Shown here: positions 1 through 9,436 of the stretch, in pieces | How the letters are laid out: each line of letters starts with the position of its first letter | Numbering within the stretch: position 1 is the first letter of the stretch | Position numbers and translations under genes: made by a program | Notes under the pieces: model-generated | What the model was told of the DNA's origin: nothing | The model's database searches: none | The model's input: only the letters and a program-made list of their open reading frames with translations | Assembly: GCA_021815445.1 (NCBI GenBank) | Contig: JAKAGM010000001.1 | Location: forward strand, 723,710-787,709 | Direction: 5' to 3' | Origin: a bacterium | GTDB taxonomy: Bacteria > Patescibacteriota > Patescibacteriia > UBA10025 | Length of the DNA stretch: 64,000 bases

Positions 1-2
1 TC

Positions 3-164
3 AATGAGGATATCAGAAAGATGATTATGCAGCGCGCCAACAGTGAGGAAATACGAAAAGTTGCCGTGGAACAGGGCATGACGACAATGTTCAACGACGG
101 AATTCAAAAAGCGTTGAAAGGGATGACTACAATTGAGGAAATTTTACGAGTGACGAGAGGATAA
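3..164 (+). CDS. C-terminal fragment of type IV pilus / T2SS assembly ATPase (PilB/GspE family); gene starts upstream of window
   Basis: Frame-3 translation ...EQGMTTMFNDGIQKALKGMTTIEEILRVTRG* resembles conserved C-terminus of GspE/PilB ATPases; TAA at 162-164; immediately followed by pilC. Confidence 0.7.
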   Translation, partial: NEDIRKMIMQRANSEEIRKVAVEQGMTTMFNDGIQKALKGMTTIEEILRVTRG

Positions 165-180
165 TGATGCCAGGACACGT

Positions 181-1395
181 ATGAAATTTCGTTATGTCGC
201 TTCCACTCCGGCCGGGCTGATAACCAGGGGCGTTATGGAGGCGCACGACAAAGATGATGTGGGCCGCCAGCTGACTGAGCAAGGGCTTTTGATCATGTCG
301 GCGCATGCCAATAGCGGCCCCCTGCGCGTTGGACACGCGTCACTCAGCCTCCAGCGCATCTCGACGCTTGATAAGGTCCTCTTGGCGCGCCATCTTTCAT
401 TAATGATAAAATCCGGGCTTCCCATCATTGAAAGCTTGCAAATTATTGTTGACCAATCATCGCACGCCGCTTTAAAAAAAATTGTCCTCGCTGTCATTGA
501 GAATGTTCGAAACGGCAACAGCCTCGCGGACAGTTTGGCGCGCCATCCTAAAGTGTTTGGCGGGCTTTTTATTAACATGGTCAAAATCGGCGAAGCATCC
601 GGCACGCTGGAGAAAAATCTTGAATACCTCGCCCAGCAGCTCGAAAAAGATTACGAGCTCAGGCAGAAAATCCGTTCGGCAATGCTGTACCCGCTCATTA
701 TCTTAATCGCGACGGTACTGCTCGGCAGCGGGCTGTCGGTATTCGTCCTCCCTAAGCTTGTTAAACTTTTTGAAGGGCTCCACATCGCCCTCCCCCTGAG
801 TACTAAAATTTTTCTTGCGGTAGCCGCGTTTCTTTCCCATTGGGGATTATTGATTTTCGGAGCTGTCGTAGTTTTTCTGATGCTTGTACCTGTCATCAGG
901 CGGATCCATGCGATAAAACTTTTCCTCAACCGCGCGGCATTGGCAATCCCCTTGATGAAAAATATCGTACTGCACATCATGATTACCAGATTCTGCCGCA
1001 CATTGAGCGTGTTGCTTGCGAGCGGGCTTCCCATCATTGAAGGACTCGCCATCACGAAAGATACGCTCGACAATCTGGTATATGAACGAGAAATCACTTA
1101 CGTTATCAGCCAGGTAGAAAAGGGCAAACCTCTGGGGGAGACACTGGCTGGGCGTGAAAAGTATTTCCCGAAGATAGTATCGCGGATGATGAGTGTCGGC
1201 GAAAAGACGGGTCGACTCGATGAAACACTGTCGTATCTTTCTACATTTTACGACTCTGAGGTCGATGCTGCGACGAAGAATCTTGCCACAGTTATTGAGC
1301 CGATCCTATTGGTCATTATCGGCCTCGTCGTAGGTGGATTAGGCATAGCTATTATTACGCCTATCTACCAGCTCTCTGGTTCGCTCGGACGTTAA
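181..1395 (+). CDS. pilC: type IV pilus assembly inner-membrane platform protein PilC/GspF (two T2SSF repeats)
   Basis: 404 aa; duplicated GLPIIESLQII / GLPIIEGLAI motifs, MVKIGEASGTLE and VGEKTGRLDETL signatures typical of T2SS F domain; 3 TM segments. Confidence 0.85.
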   Translation: MKFRYVASTPAGLITRGVMEAHDKDDVGRQLTEQGLLIMSAHANSGPLRVGHASLSLQRISTLDKVLLARHLSLMIKSGLPIIESLQIIVDQSSHAALKKIVLAVIENVRNGNSLADSLARHPKVFGGLFINMVKIGEASGTLEKNLEYLAQQLEKDYELRQKIRSAMLYPLIILIATVLLGSGLSVFVLPKLVKLFEGLHIALPLSTKIFLAVAAFLSHWGLLIFGAVVVFLMLVPVIRRIHAIKLFLNRAALAIPLMKNIVLHIMITRFCRTLSVLLASGLPIIEGLAITKDTLDNLVYEREITYVISQVEKGKPLGETLAGREKYFPKIVSRMMSVGEKTGRLDETLSYLSTFYDSEVDAATKNLATVIEPILLVIIGLVVGGLGIAIITPIYQLSGSLGR

Positions 1396-1401
1396 CGCCT
1401 A

Positions 1402-1857
1402 TTGAATACCCACATGCGTCATCACTCCGGATTTACCCTGTTCGAAACCCTGCTGGTCATCGCGCTGATAGGGCTTCTTGCGACGCTTGCTATCCCGTTC
1501 TACCAGTCGTTCCAGACACAAGCCCAGCTCGACAGTGCCATTGCGGAGCTTAAACAGGCGCTGAGGACGGCACAGCTTGAGACCATGCTCGGAAAGAGTA
1601 ATGTGCCCCACGGAGTGCATATTGACGCACAGCATTTCATCGCCTACCAAGGAACGTCATTCAGCCCGAGTGATCCAAACAACTTCTCGACAACGCTGGC
1701 GCCGTCACTCCACATTACGACAAGTTTCGGCGCTGATATTACTTTTTCCGGACGCCAGGGGACCCCGTCGCAAACCGGCACAATTTCCATTGCCTCATCA
1801 ACAATTTCTCACACACTCTCCATCAATGCGCTTGGCACCACTGGTCAGACAAATTAA
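1402..1857 (+). CDS. prepilin-type N-terminal cleavage/methylation domain pseudopilin (GspH/FimT-like)
   Basis: N-terminus MNTHMRHHSG|FTLFETLLVIALIGLLATLAI matches class III signal peptide (G-F-T-L-x-E); alternative start at ATG 1414. Confidence 0.7.
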   Translation: MNTHMRHHSGFTLFETLLVIALIGLLATLAIPFYQSFQTQAQLDSAIAELKQALRTAQLETMLGKSNVPHGVHIDAQHFIAYQGTSFSPSDPNNFSTTLAPSLHITTSFGADITFSGRQGTPSQTGTISIASSTISHTLSINALGTTGQTN

Positions 1858-3745
1858 AAAAAATAATTCCGGCCTTTCGCTCATTGAGCTCCTTGTAGCG
1901 ATGGCTGTCTTTGTTATCGCCGCCGCGAGCATTACATTCATCGTCATTGATGCGCTCCAGGCGACACGGCGCGGCGTGGAGGAAACAACCGCAGTATATC
2001 TCAACCAACAAGGGATCGAGGCGGCAAAGTCGATAAAAAACCGGGGGTGGAAATATCTTTCACTCGGTGCCCATGGCATTGTATCAACTTCAGGGTATTG
2101 GGATTTTTCCGGCAGTAACAATGTTATAGATAAATATACGCGTACAGTGACCGTCAGTCCGGTGCAAAGAAACGTGAGCGATGACATCGTGACTTCGGGA
2201 GGAATAGTGGACAAGGATACTAAAAAAGTTTCCGTCCAGACGGGCTGGCTTTTTTCACCTTTGCGCCCCGGAAATATCCTTTTTGAAACGTATATGACCA
2301 ACTGGCGGTCTCACCCGTGGACACAAACAACTCAAGGTGACTTTAACCTGGGTGTCAAAACAAACGTTGTATCGACGAGCGGTGGCGAAGTACAACTTGC
2401 CCTTGGCGCGGGAACTGACTATGGGAACAAGTTTGTGCTCGACAGCACATCGGCCATAGGCAGTATGAACACACAGCAGACGATGACCTCGCTCCGGTTT
2501 ACCGCCCAGCATTCAAAAACTGTTTCAGAGCTGCGCATCTACTTGCAGACAGAGAACGGCACGAGTCCTTCATACCGGTACGGCTTACAGGCAGATGCCG
2601 CCGGACTTCCGTCAGGCGCCTGGCTCGGCGCTACACAGCACGGCTATGGCGACTTCACCGCCACGACAACGGGCTGGCAGGTTATTACCCTGACAGAACC
2701 AGTGACCTTCACGTCAAATACGGTGTATCATCTCGTTATAAAATGGCAGTCGGGTACTACCCCCTCTTCAGGCCGGTATATAGCGCTGAGGAGATCATCA
2801 CCCCAGACGCAGTTCATTACCTTTGACAACACACCCGACCTGTCATCGAACACGCTCTTTTCGACCAACAGCGGCACAAGTTGGACGGTTCAAAACACTC
2901 AGCCAATCTACCTCCTCGGATTTTCAGACAGCACGTATGAAGGAAATCCGTGGATTTCAAAAGCGGACATCCGCATCAGCGGCACTAACTTCGTCGGAGA
3001 ATACTTTACACCATCCAGCAACCTTACTCTCGCGTCAATTAGTTTCTCTGTAAATAAAAGTGCTGCCGGAACCCCAGCAGCAGATCTCAGCGTGACACTT
3101 GCCACAGGGGCTGGAACTGTCCTGGCGACGGGAACGCTCGTTACCCGGGGAACGGTGACTACGACGTATGCAACGTATACGTATACTTTTCCTACCCCAC
3201 AGACAGTCACCGCAGGTACTGCATACCGTATATACTTGTCGTCGCCGGGAACGGGAAATCCATTCTATCGCGTGCGCCAACTGACAGCAACAAACAGCTC
3301 ACAGTACCTCCAGACCACCTTTAGCGGCACAAACGCCGTATACACATCAAGCGCCAACAGCGGAACAGCATGGACTCAGCTTTCGCCAAATGACATCGGA
3401 GGATTTGCTTTCGCCACACAGGGCGGTTTCCAGACCTCTGGCGACATCATCTCTCAAGCTTTTGATACCGGGTCGGCAGGTACCCTTTTGAATTATCTTG
3501 ATTGGACAGCGACAATGCCTACCGGCTCCCTCGAATTCCAGGTTCGCACAGCCGACACTCCTGCCCACCTTTCTGCGGCAACTTGGATTGGGCCTGACGG
3601 AACAAGCGCAACACGTTTCACTGCTGCGGGCCAGGATATTACACTCTCTCCCACGGGCAGCCGGTATGTCCAATGGCGCGCATACTTTACCGGAGACGGT
3701 TCCGGTACCCCGATACTCTCTGACGTAACGGTGAACTATGAATAA
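1826..3745 (+). CDS. large pilin-like protein (~639 aa): class III prepilin signal plus long Thr/Ser/Gly-rich C-terminal domain
   Basis: Only in-frame Met before motif KNNSG|LSLIELLVAMAVFVIAAASITF is ATG 1826 (ORF-track 1577 start rejected: overlaps previous gene and has no signal); C-terminal 500 aa rich in T/S/G, beta-rich adhesin-like composition. Confidence 0.6.
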   Translation: MRLAPLVRQIKKNNSGLSLIELLVAMAVFVIAAASITFIVIDALQATRRGVEETTAVYLNQQGIEAAKSIKNRGWKYLSLGAHGIVSTSGYWDFSGSNNVIDKYTRTVTVSPVQRNVSDDIVTSGGIVDKDTKKVSVQTGWLFSPLRPGNILFETYMTNWRSHPWTQTTQGDFNLGVKTNVVSTSGGEVQLALGAGTDYGNKFVLDSTSAIGSMNTQQTMTSLRFTAQHSKTVSELRIYLQTENGTSPSYRYGLQADAAGLPSGAWLGATQHGYGDFTATTTGWQVITLTEPVTFTSNTVYHLVIKWQSGTTPSSGRYIALRRSSPQTQFITFDNTPDLSSNTLFSTNSGTSWTVQNTQPIYLLGFSDSTYEGNPWISKADIRISGTNFVGEYFTPSSNLTLASISFSVNKSAAGTPAADLSVTLATGAGTVLATGTLVTRGTVTTTYATYTYTFPTPQTVTAGTAYRIYLSSPGTGNPFYRVRQLTATNSSQYLQTTFSGTNAVYTSSANSGTAWTQLSPNDIGGFAFATQGGFQTSGDIISQAFDTGSAGTLLNYLDWTATMPTGSLEFQVRTADTPAHLSAATWIGPDGTSATRFTAAGQDITLSPTGSRYVQWRAYFTGDGSGTPILSDVTVNYE

Positions 3746-4283
3746 ATATCATCAACCGGGTTTTACGTTGATAGAAATACTGATATACATCGCCCTGGTA
3801 TCCGGGATACTGATCGCGGCCTCTACTTTTGCGTGGAACATCATCGGCAGCAAAACAAAAACACAGACCATCCAGGAAGTACAGGGGAATGGTTACCTCG
3901 TTATGGAGCATGTGAATAACGTCATACGATCCGGCCGGGATATCAACGCAACTTCGTCTTTAAATATCAACCTTGCAGATAATGCCAACGCGGGAAAGTT
4001 TCTTTCGCTCTCCATGCGCAACGGCGCGGTGAATCCTACGATTATCGACGTGGTAAACGGCGTCGTGAGAATGCGGCAAGGGACGGGAAGCGCTGTTGCA
4101 CTGAGCTCAAACTTGGTACGAGTCACAAATCTGACGTTTACAGACCGCCGTGATCCGGCGGGGAAAACGAAAAATATCGAAATACTGCTGACAATTGAAA
4201 ATATTAATCCACAGAACACCAGTGAGCGCGCAGCGACACTGACCCTACAGAGCGCGGACGAGTTGCTGGACATTCCCCGATAA
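3738..4283 (+). CDS. prepilin-type pseudopilin / minor pilin
   Basis: MNKYHQPG|FTLIEILIYIALVSGILIAA class III signal; ATGA-type overlap with upstream gene. Confidence 0.7.
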   Translation: MNKYHQPGFTLIEILIYIALVSGILIAASTFAWNIIGSKTKTQTIQEVQGNGYLVMEHVNNVIRSGRDINATSSLNINLADNANAGKFLSLSMRNGAVNPTIIDVVNGVVRMRQGTGSAVALSSNLVRVTNLTFTDRRDPAGKTKNIEILLTIENINPQNTSERAATLTLQSADELLDIPR

Positions 4284-4290
4284 AAAAAGT

Positions 4291-4668
4291 ATGAAAATAA
4301 ACAACAAAGGATACATAGCCCTGACTGCAATCCTCATTATAGTCGCGGCAACGCTTGCGGTGGCTATCAGCGCAAATTTCCTGTCAATAGATTCCGGGAA
4401 AAACGGCTTGACGCTTGATAGAGGGGACGCGAGTTTCTCTCTCGGCAATGGATGCATCGAGGAGGCTATTATCCGCCTGCAGCGAAACGGAGCGTATACG
4501 GGCGGTAGTTTGAATACAACAGCGGAATCATGTACCATAACTGTGGCAGCACAAGGTGCTCAACGGACTATCACCGCGATAACAGTTGCCGACAGTATAA
4601 CAAGAACACTGACGGCTCATGTGACACTCACTCCGACATTTTCGTTCGACTGGTGGCAGGAAGAATAA
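4291..4668 (+). CDS. small pilus-associated protein with N-terminal hydrophobic segment (PilX-N-like minor pilin?)
   Basis: MKINNKG|YIALTAILIIVAATLAVAIS hydrophobic N-terminus without Glu5; embedded between pseudopilin and pilM. Confidence 0.4.
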   Translation: MKINNKGYIALTAILIIVAATLAVAISANFLSIDSGKNGLTLDRGDASFSLGNGCIEEAIIRLQRNGAYTGGSLNTTAESCTITVAAQGAQRTITAITVADSITRTLTAHVTLTPTFSFDWWQEE

Positions 4669-4684
4669 CTTTTTTTACTTTCAC

Positions 4685-5740
4685 ATGAAACTTTTTTCCC
4701 CGCATACATTGGGCATAGATATTTCAGACCGCTCCATCGAGGCTTTGGAGCTAAAAACTTCGGGCAAAGAGCTGACCCTCGTAGCAAGCAGCCGGCAAGA
4801 ACTGCCCGAGGGCATCGTGGAAGACGGTATAATTAATGATCAGAGCGGCCTCTCGAAATACCTTACCGCGATCATGGAACAAGCCCGGCCTAAGAGCTTT
4901 ACGTCGCGAACAGTGGCTTTTTCCCTGCCGGAATCGCGTACAATGCAGCACCTTTTTTTCTTTCCTCAAAAGTTCACTCCCAAACAAATTCGGGAAGCTC
5001 TTCCTTTTGAGGCTGAAAAGGTCATACCCTTTGAAACTGACAACTCTCCGTGGGACTTCCAGATCCTGGGAACCGAAGGAACTCGTGTAGCCGTTAATTA
5101 CGCCGTCGCGCCGCGAAAGCTTATCGACCAATATGTCGAGGTTTTTCAGAGCGTCCGGCTTAAGCCCGTGATATGCGAGCTTGAATCCCAAGCACTTGTG
5201 CGTTCACTGACCTACCAGTATACTGCAGGTAGCATATCCGCGCTTCTTGATATCGGCGCAAGGACAACGGATGTTATCATGAGGGATGAGTTCGGCGTCC
5301 GTTTCACGCTTTCAATACCTGTCGCGGGCAACCACTTTACGAAAGCAATAGCAGAGCATCTTAACATTTCATTGGGAGACGCGGAAAGTAAAAAGATAAA
5401 GAGTGGCTTCACCCTTAAGGAGATACGGACTGCGGTCGCGCCCCTGTGCAAATTGATCATTGACGGCGCTGACAAGGCCACAACGTTTATCGAACAAAAA
5501 ACGAAAAAAAAGATCCTTGAACTTGTTCTCTGCGGCGGCTCAGCGCTGCTCCCCGGGATTACGGAATATTTTCAGGAACGGATAGACTGTCCGGTCCGCA
5601 TCGGAGACCCATGGAAAGGCATCAGCGTGAAGAAACCGCCTGAACCGTCTCTGCTCTACTCTACGGTTATTGGGCTTGCAATGCGCGGGGCCCGTGAAGC
5701 AAAAACGCATTCAATAAACTTTCTTTCACCTTATATATAA
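4685..5740 (+). CDS. pilM: type IV pilus assembly protein PilM (actin-like ATPase fold)
   Basis: 351 aa; N-terminal LGIDISDRSIEALELK..., internal DIGARTTDV and CGGSALLPGI motifs typical of PilM/FtsA-like proteins. Confidence 0.8.
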   Translation: MKLFSPHTLGIDISDRSIEALELKTSGKELTLVASSRQELPEGIVEDGIINDQSGLSKYLTAIMEQARPKSFTSRTVAFSLPESRTMQHLFFFPQKFTPKQIREALPFEAEKVIPFETDNSPWDFQILGTEGTRVAVNYAVAPRKLIDQYVEVFQSVRLKPVICELESQALVRSLTYQYTAGSISALLDIGARTTDVIMRDEFGVRFTLSIPVAGNHFTKAIAEHLNISLGDAESKKIKSGFTLKEIRTAVAPLCKLIIDGADKATTFIEQKTKKKILELVLCGGSALLPGITEYFQERIDCPVRIGDPWKGISVKKPPEPSLLYSTVIGLAMRGAREAKTHSINFLSPYI

Positions 5741-5760
5741 TCATTGACCATCATTATATT

Positions 5761-6264
5761 ATGCGAAAAGGTTTTACCCTCATTGAGTTACTCGTCGTCA
5801 TCGGCATCATCGCGATTCTCGCTGGCATCGTCATTGTTGCCGTTAACCCGGGACGTCAGCTGGCTCAAGCCCGCGACGCACAGCGATGGAATGACGTCAA
5901 TGCGTTGTTGAACGCAATTCATCAATACTCAGTTGATAATTTAGGCAATATACCGTCTGCGATAGACACTGACTCGACAACAGTGCAGATCGTCGGGACA
6001 GATACGACAACAAATTGCACCTCGGCGACACCGGTGTGCGCGAATAACGGGACTCCGAAAACTGTGTATAGCGCGGCGGCGGCAGGTTGTTTTGCAAATC
6101 TCAGCACGACATTGATCTCAAATTATTTGAACGCCCTACCGACAGACCCTCAGGGAGGCACTGCAGCTGATACAAAATACTACGTAGATCTAAACTCGAC
6201 AACTGGCCGCCTTACCGTCGGCGCGTGCGGAGCTGAAAAGGCCACAATCTCGGTGACAAGATAA
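5761..6264 (+). CDS. type IV pilin (candidate major pilin)
   Basis: MRKG|FTLIELLVVIGIIAILAGIVIVAV canonical prepilin leader and Glu5; 167 aa with C-terminal Cys pair (CTSATPVC...GAC); last gene of cluster, followed by terminator. Confidence 0.75.
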   Translation: MRKGFTLIELLVVIGIIAILAGIVIVAVNPGRQLAQARDAQRWNDVNALLNAIHQYSVDNLGNIPSAIDTDSTTVQIVGTDTTTNCTSATPVCANNGTPKTVYSAAAAGCFANLSTTLISNYLNALPTDPQGGTAADTKYYVDLNSTTGRLTVGACGAEKATISVTR

Positions 6265-6281
6265 CCCTGCAATAACAACAA

Positions 6282-6309
6282 AGATCCCCATAAAATATGG
6301 GGGTCTTTT
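6282..6309. terminator. rho-independent terminator hairpin between convergent pilin gene and metE
   Basis: CCCCATA-aaa-TATGGGG stem followed by TCTTTTT on + strand and A-run on the other side; likely bidirectional. Confidence 0.6.
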
Positions 6310-6323
6310 TGAATATACTCTTC

Positions 6324-7475
6324 TTATGCCAACCGGGCTTCCGCAAGCCGCGTACCGATGACTGTGCGTTCAAGCTTTTCAAATGCAACGGGAATTGAGC
6401 GCGTCCGTAAACCGCAGTCAGGGGTCGGAAAAATCAGTCTGTGATCGCCCATTACCTTCGTGGCGTACAGTATCCTATCGCGAACAAGTTCGGGAGACTC
6501 AAGGAAATCGGTATGGATATCCGTCACCCCGAGCCCGATGCCGCCGGGAATGTGATACTTTTTGAATAATTTCAGCACTTCATAGCCCGGCCTGTCGCCC
6601 TCTTTTATCCCCGGTTTCCTGCTGTCACGATTGGCAAATTCCAGCGCGTACTGGCTGCAGTTGCGCAGTTGAGTAATATGGGGAAAGAGTTTTGAATAGT
6701 CGCTGAAACATATGTGGACGCTGAACATGCATCGAATTCCTTCAGTGGAAGCATTAAATGATTCGACAAAGAGAGGTACTTCTTCGGGATGTGACGTGAC
6801 TGCGGGCTCGTCAATCTGAATCCAGGTGGCGCCCGCAGCAACAAGCGCTTGGATATTGGGCCGAACGACCTGGGTGGCAATATCATGGATGAACCGCTTC
6901 CGCGCCTTTTGACGCGCAACCCGGCCGGCAGAAGTTCCGATAGCGAATGATCGCTTGGTATAATGCTCGTCGTATGACCAGTCTGCGATGGTATAAGCGC
7001 CCGTAATAGGAACTTTGAGTGGCCGATGGGTCATGACTGAAATTTGTTGAAATTCCTTGAGGTGATACGGCGTGAGAAAGCGGGGACGGACTTTGCATGC
7101 CGCCTTCTTGTAGTATTTGTTATCGAATGATCTCACGTGGCCGTAAAAATTGAAACCACCCGCTCCGCTCACCGCCTGGTGGTACATCTCCGTGCGCTGC
7201 TGCTCGCCGTCATAGACGATATCAATGCCGGCTTTTTCAATAAGCCGCAACCCGTACAAGGAGGATATCCTGTAAATCTCGTGAAGGTCTGCGGGGGTTC
7301 TTTTCTTTTTGGTCAAGAGCTCGATGAGATGTTCGGTATCTATACCGAGACGCTTGCCCCACTGTTTCGCGTCTTCAATATCTTTTTTAGGTATGGGCAA
7401 CCCTCTCCCCGCTTTTACGCGCCATTCAGGTTTCGCAAGACTGCCTATTTCGTGAGTAAGAAATGTTCGTATCAT
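6324..7475 (-). CDS. metE: cobalamin-independent methionine synthase, catalytic (C-terminal-type) domain protein
   Basis: 383 aa; WIQIDEPA, HICFSDY (cf. HTHMCY), GVTDIHTD, TPDCGLRTR motifs match MetE C-terminal Zn/homocysteine-binding barrel. Confidence 0.8.
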   Translation of the reverse strand: MIRTFLTHEIGSLAKPEWRVKAGRGLPIPKKDIEDAKQWGKRLGIDTEHLIELLTKKKRTPADLHEIYRISSLYGLRLIEKAGIDIVYDGEQQRTEMYHQAVSGAGGFNFYGHVRSFDNKYYKKAACKVRPRFLTPYHLKEFQQISVMTHRPLKVPITGAYTIADWSYDEHYTKRSFAIGTSAGRVARQKARKRFIHDIATQVVRPNIQALVAAGATWIQIDEPAVTSHPEEVPLFVESFNASTEGIRCMFSVHICFSDYSKLFPHITQLRNCSQYALEFANRDSRKPGIKEGDRPGYEVLKLFKKYHIPGGIGLGVTDIHTDFLESPELVRDRILYATKVMGDHRLIFPTPDCGLRTRSIPVAFEKLERTVIGTRLAEARLA

Positions 7476-7482
7476 ATGAGGG

Positions 7483-8436
7483 TTATGAGGTTAGAGATTG
7501 AATCGCCCTACGCAGATGGAGAAGTTTTTGTTCGGCAATCTTTACCGGTACAAATTGCAGATCGACTGTTGAGGTAGCTCTCACTTCTCGCGGAGCAAGT
7601 GTCGTATTAACGTCCCGTAAAAATTTTGCAAGAGTTTTCGCGTCCTCTACCAGAGACGTACGGCTATCAAGGCACCCTGCAATAAGAGCTAGTTTTCCTT
7701 TGAATGACGGCAGTGCATGCATGTCAGTGTTGAAGAAATCTACGCCCACCGCATCGAGAGGAAGCTTAAGCAAGGTTGCAGCAACGGTCTTTGAGCATGT
7801 AAATGCCACATAGTAACCCAGAGCAGCGTGAGTAGCTTCTATCAAATGATTCGTAGTGTCTGTAACCAGCCGAAGCTCTCCTGGAGTCGCGCCGAGATAT
7901 CCGAGATACGGATCATACAGCTGGAATGAACTGTATCCCGCTTTCTTGAGGTGTATAATGAGATGCGCCAGTGAATCAGCGAACGAGAAAGCAAGTTTGC
8001 GAACTGAGGAATAGTGCCTGTCATCAGCGACCCGCGCAAAGAAAAACGGTGAAGGAAGTGTTGCTTTCCACTCACCCTTCTTATGCATGCCGAGGAAATA
8101 CTCCGATACGTGTTTGCCTGCATAGCGGACTGCGCCGGTAATCTTTGGCTGGCGGAAAAAAGTGTTGGTATCTGCAAAACGAGTTAATGTAACGGGCTGG
8201 ATGCCCGAACAGATTTCAGCAAAAGGCCTGAAGATATCCTGCCAGTTGAGCATGCCATCGGAGAGTGGCGTGATGCCGAGCTTCTTTTGCAACGAGAGGA
8301 CCTCGTCCTGCTGCGCATGGCGTATTTGAACGAGCCGGCTCGCAGTAATTCTTTTTCTGTCGAAATCCCGTGTAGCAGCGACGAGCGCTTCTGAGCGAGG
8401 AAAAGTTCCCGTAAGTTCAATAGAATAGTGTTGCAT
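7483..8436 (-). CDS. MetE N-terminal-domain-like (UROD/MetE barrel) protein; likely partner of split methionine synthase
   Basis: 317 aa; ELTGTFPRSE N-terminus resembles MetE N-domain T(L/I)G(F/S)FP motif; directly upstream of and co-directional with metE catalytic gene. Confidence 0.5.
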   Translation of the reverse strand: MQHYSIELTGTFPRSEALVAATRDFDRKRITASRLVQIRHAQQDEVLSLQKKLGITPLSDGMLNWQDIFRPFAEICSGIQPVTLTRFADTNTFFRQPKITGAVRYAGKHVSEYFLGMHKKGEWKATLPSPFFFARVADDRHYSSVRKLAFSFADSLAHLIIHLKKAGYSSFQLYDPYLGYLGATPGELRLVTDTTNHLIEATHAALGYYVAFTCSKTVAATLLKLPLDAVGVDFFNTDMHALPSFKGKLALIAGCLDSRTSLVEDAKTLAKFLRDVNTTLAPREVRATSTVDLQFVPVKIAEQKLLHLRRAIQSLTS

Positions 8437-8458
8437 AGTGCCTAGTTACTAAATAAGA

Positions 8459-9430
8459 TTAAAGGAGTTCGGAGAGCTTCATAAGAAGCTCTTTTGAAAG
8501 TTCAAAATTATATTTCATGACATGTTCGACATTGAGCCCAAGCGGGACCCGCAAGCTGTTGGTTCTGCAATATGAAAGTATATCAGATAAAATACCAATG
8601 CAAATATCCAACGATCGCCAGCCCATGCCGATCCATCCTTCGACCAGCCTGGCCTCCACGTCGGGAGGAATAGATACCCCAAGCCAGCGAAGAAATTGTA
8701 TGTCTTTCACCGTCGAAGCCGGGGCGAAACTTATAAAGATTCTTTTTGGCTCCACATTACTCTTAATACAAAGAGCGTCATAGTCTGTGAGAAGTTTTTT
8801 CATCGCCTCAGCTTCGTAGATGATTTGGCTGGTAAAAAAACTCGTTCCCGACCTGCCTTTGTTAATGAGCCGCAACGGTTCATCGGCTTCAGGATTCTGG
8901 TGCCGCCGGGTCGCAATGGTTATTCCCCCGACAAGCATCTGCTCTTCTGCCTGTTTTCCCTCATTAAAATGATCGCGAACCCATTCGGTCGCCTGACGGA
9001 CTGTCGGCCCCGGATAATGAATTGTATTCGACTCTCCACCGACAAAAACTACATTTGAGACGTTATATGTTTGATGGGTTTCCTCCATCCATGCGGAGAG
9101 CTGTTCGACGGGGTCATGTACGACGACGTGATTGATGATGACAGGCACATCTGGCCTGTGTCTCAGCAGGACCTGTCCGAATTCACGCGGGTCGCCTTTA
9201 GGCACCGTCCGTGCGCCTTTCTCTTTCGTCTGGCCCATTTCTCCGTGAATCTCGGGAATATTGAAGGCATCAATGTGAACATTCTCAAGGAGCTTATCAA
9301 TGGCGTGTAAAAACGGGCTGAGAGCTTTGTCGATTTCACTCCGGGGAGGCGGGAGAAGTTCATAGAGAACCGGTATACGGGCAGACCCTGCCGATGACGG
9401 ACTGAATTTCTTATGAAGATTTTTCATCAC
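8459..9430 (-). CDS. metF: methylenetetrahydrofolate reductase-like protein (MetF family)
   Basis: 323 aa; IPVLYELLPPP (cf. SFEFFPP), TSQIIYEAEAMKKLL (cf. ITQFFFDVESYLRF); GTG/ATG start at 9430/9427; first gene downstream of S-box leader. Confidence 0.55.
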   Translation of the reverse strand: MMKNLHKKFSPSSAGSARIPVLYELLPPPRSEIDKALSPFLHAIDKLLENVHIDAFNIPEIHGEMGQTKEKGARTVPKGDPREFGQVLLRHRPDVPVIINHVVVHDPVEQLSAWMEETHQTYNVSNVVFVGGESNTIHYPGPTVRQATEWVRDHFNEGKQAEEQMLVGGITIATRRHQNPEADEPLRLINKGRSGTSFFTSQIIYEAEAMKKLLTDYDALCIKSNVEPKRIFISFAPASTVKDIQFLRWLGVSIPPDVEARLVEGWIGMGWRSLDICIGILSDILSYCRTNSLRVPLGLNVEHVMKYNFELSKELLMKLSELL

Positions 9431-9436
9431 GATACT

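Noticed and set aside
192-1097. Antisense ORFs inside pilC (192-605, 651-1097 minus) and the many other 60-170-aa ORF-track entries embedded antisense or out of frame within well-supported genes
   Set aside because: They overlap genes with strong motif support on the opposite strand or frame, have biased compositions typical of antisense reading of GC-rich codons, and show no motifs.
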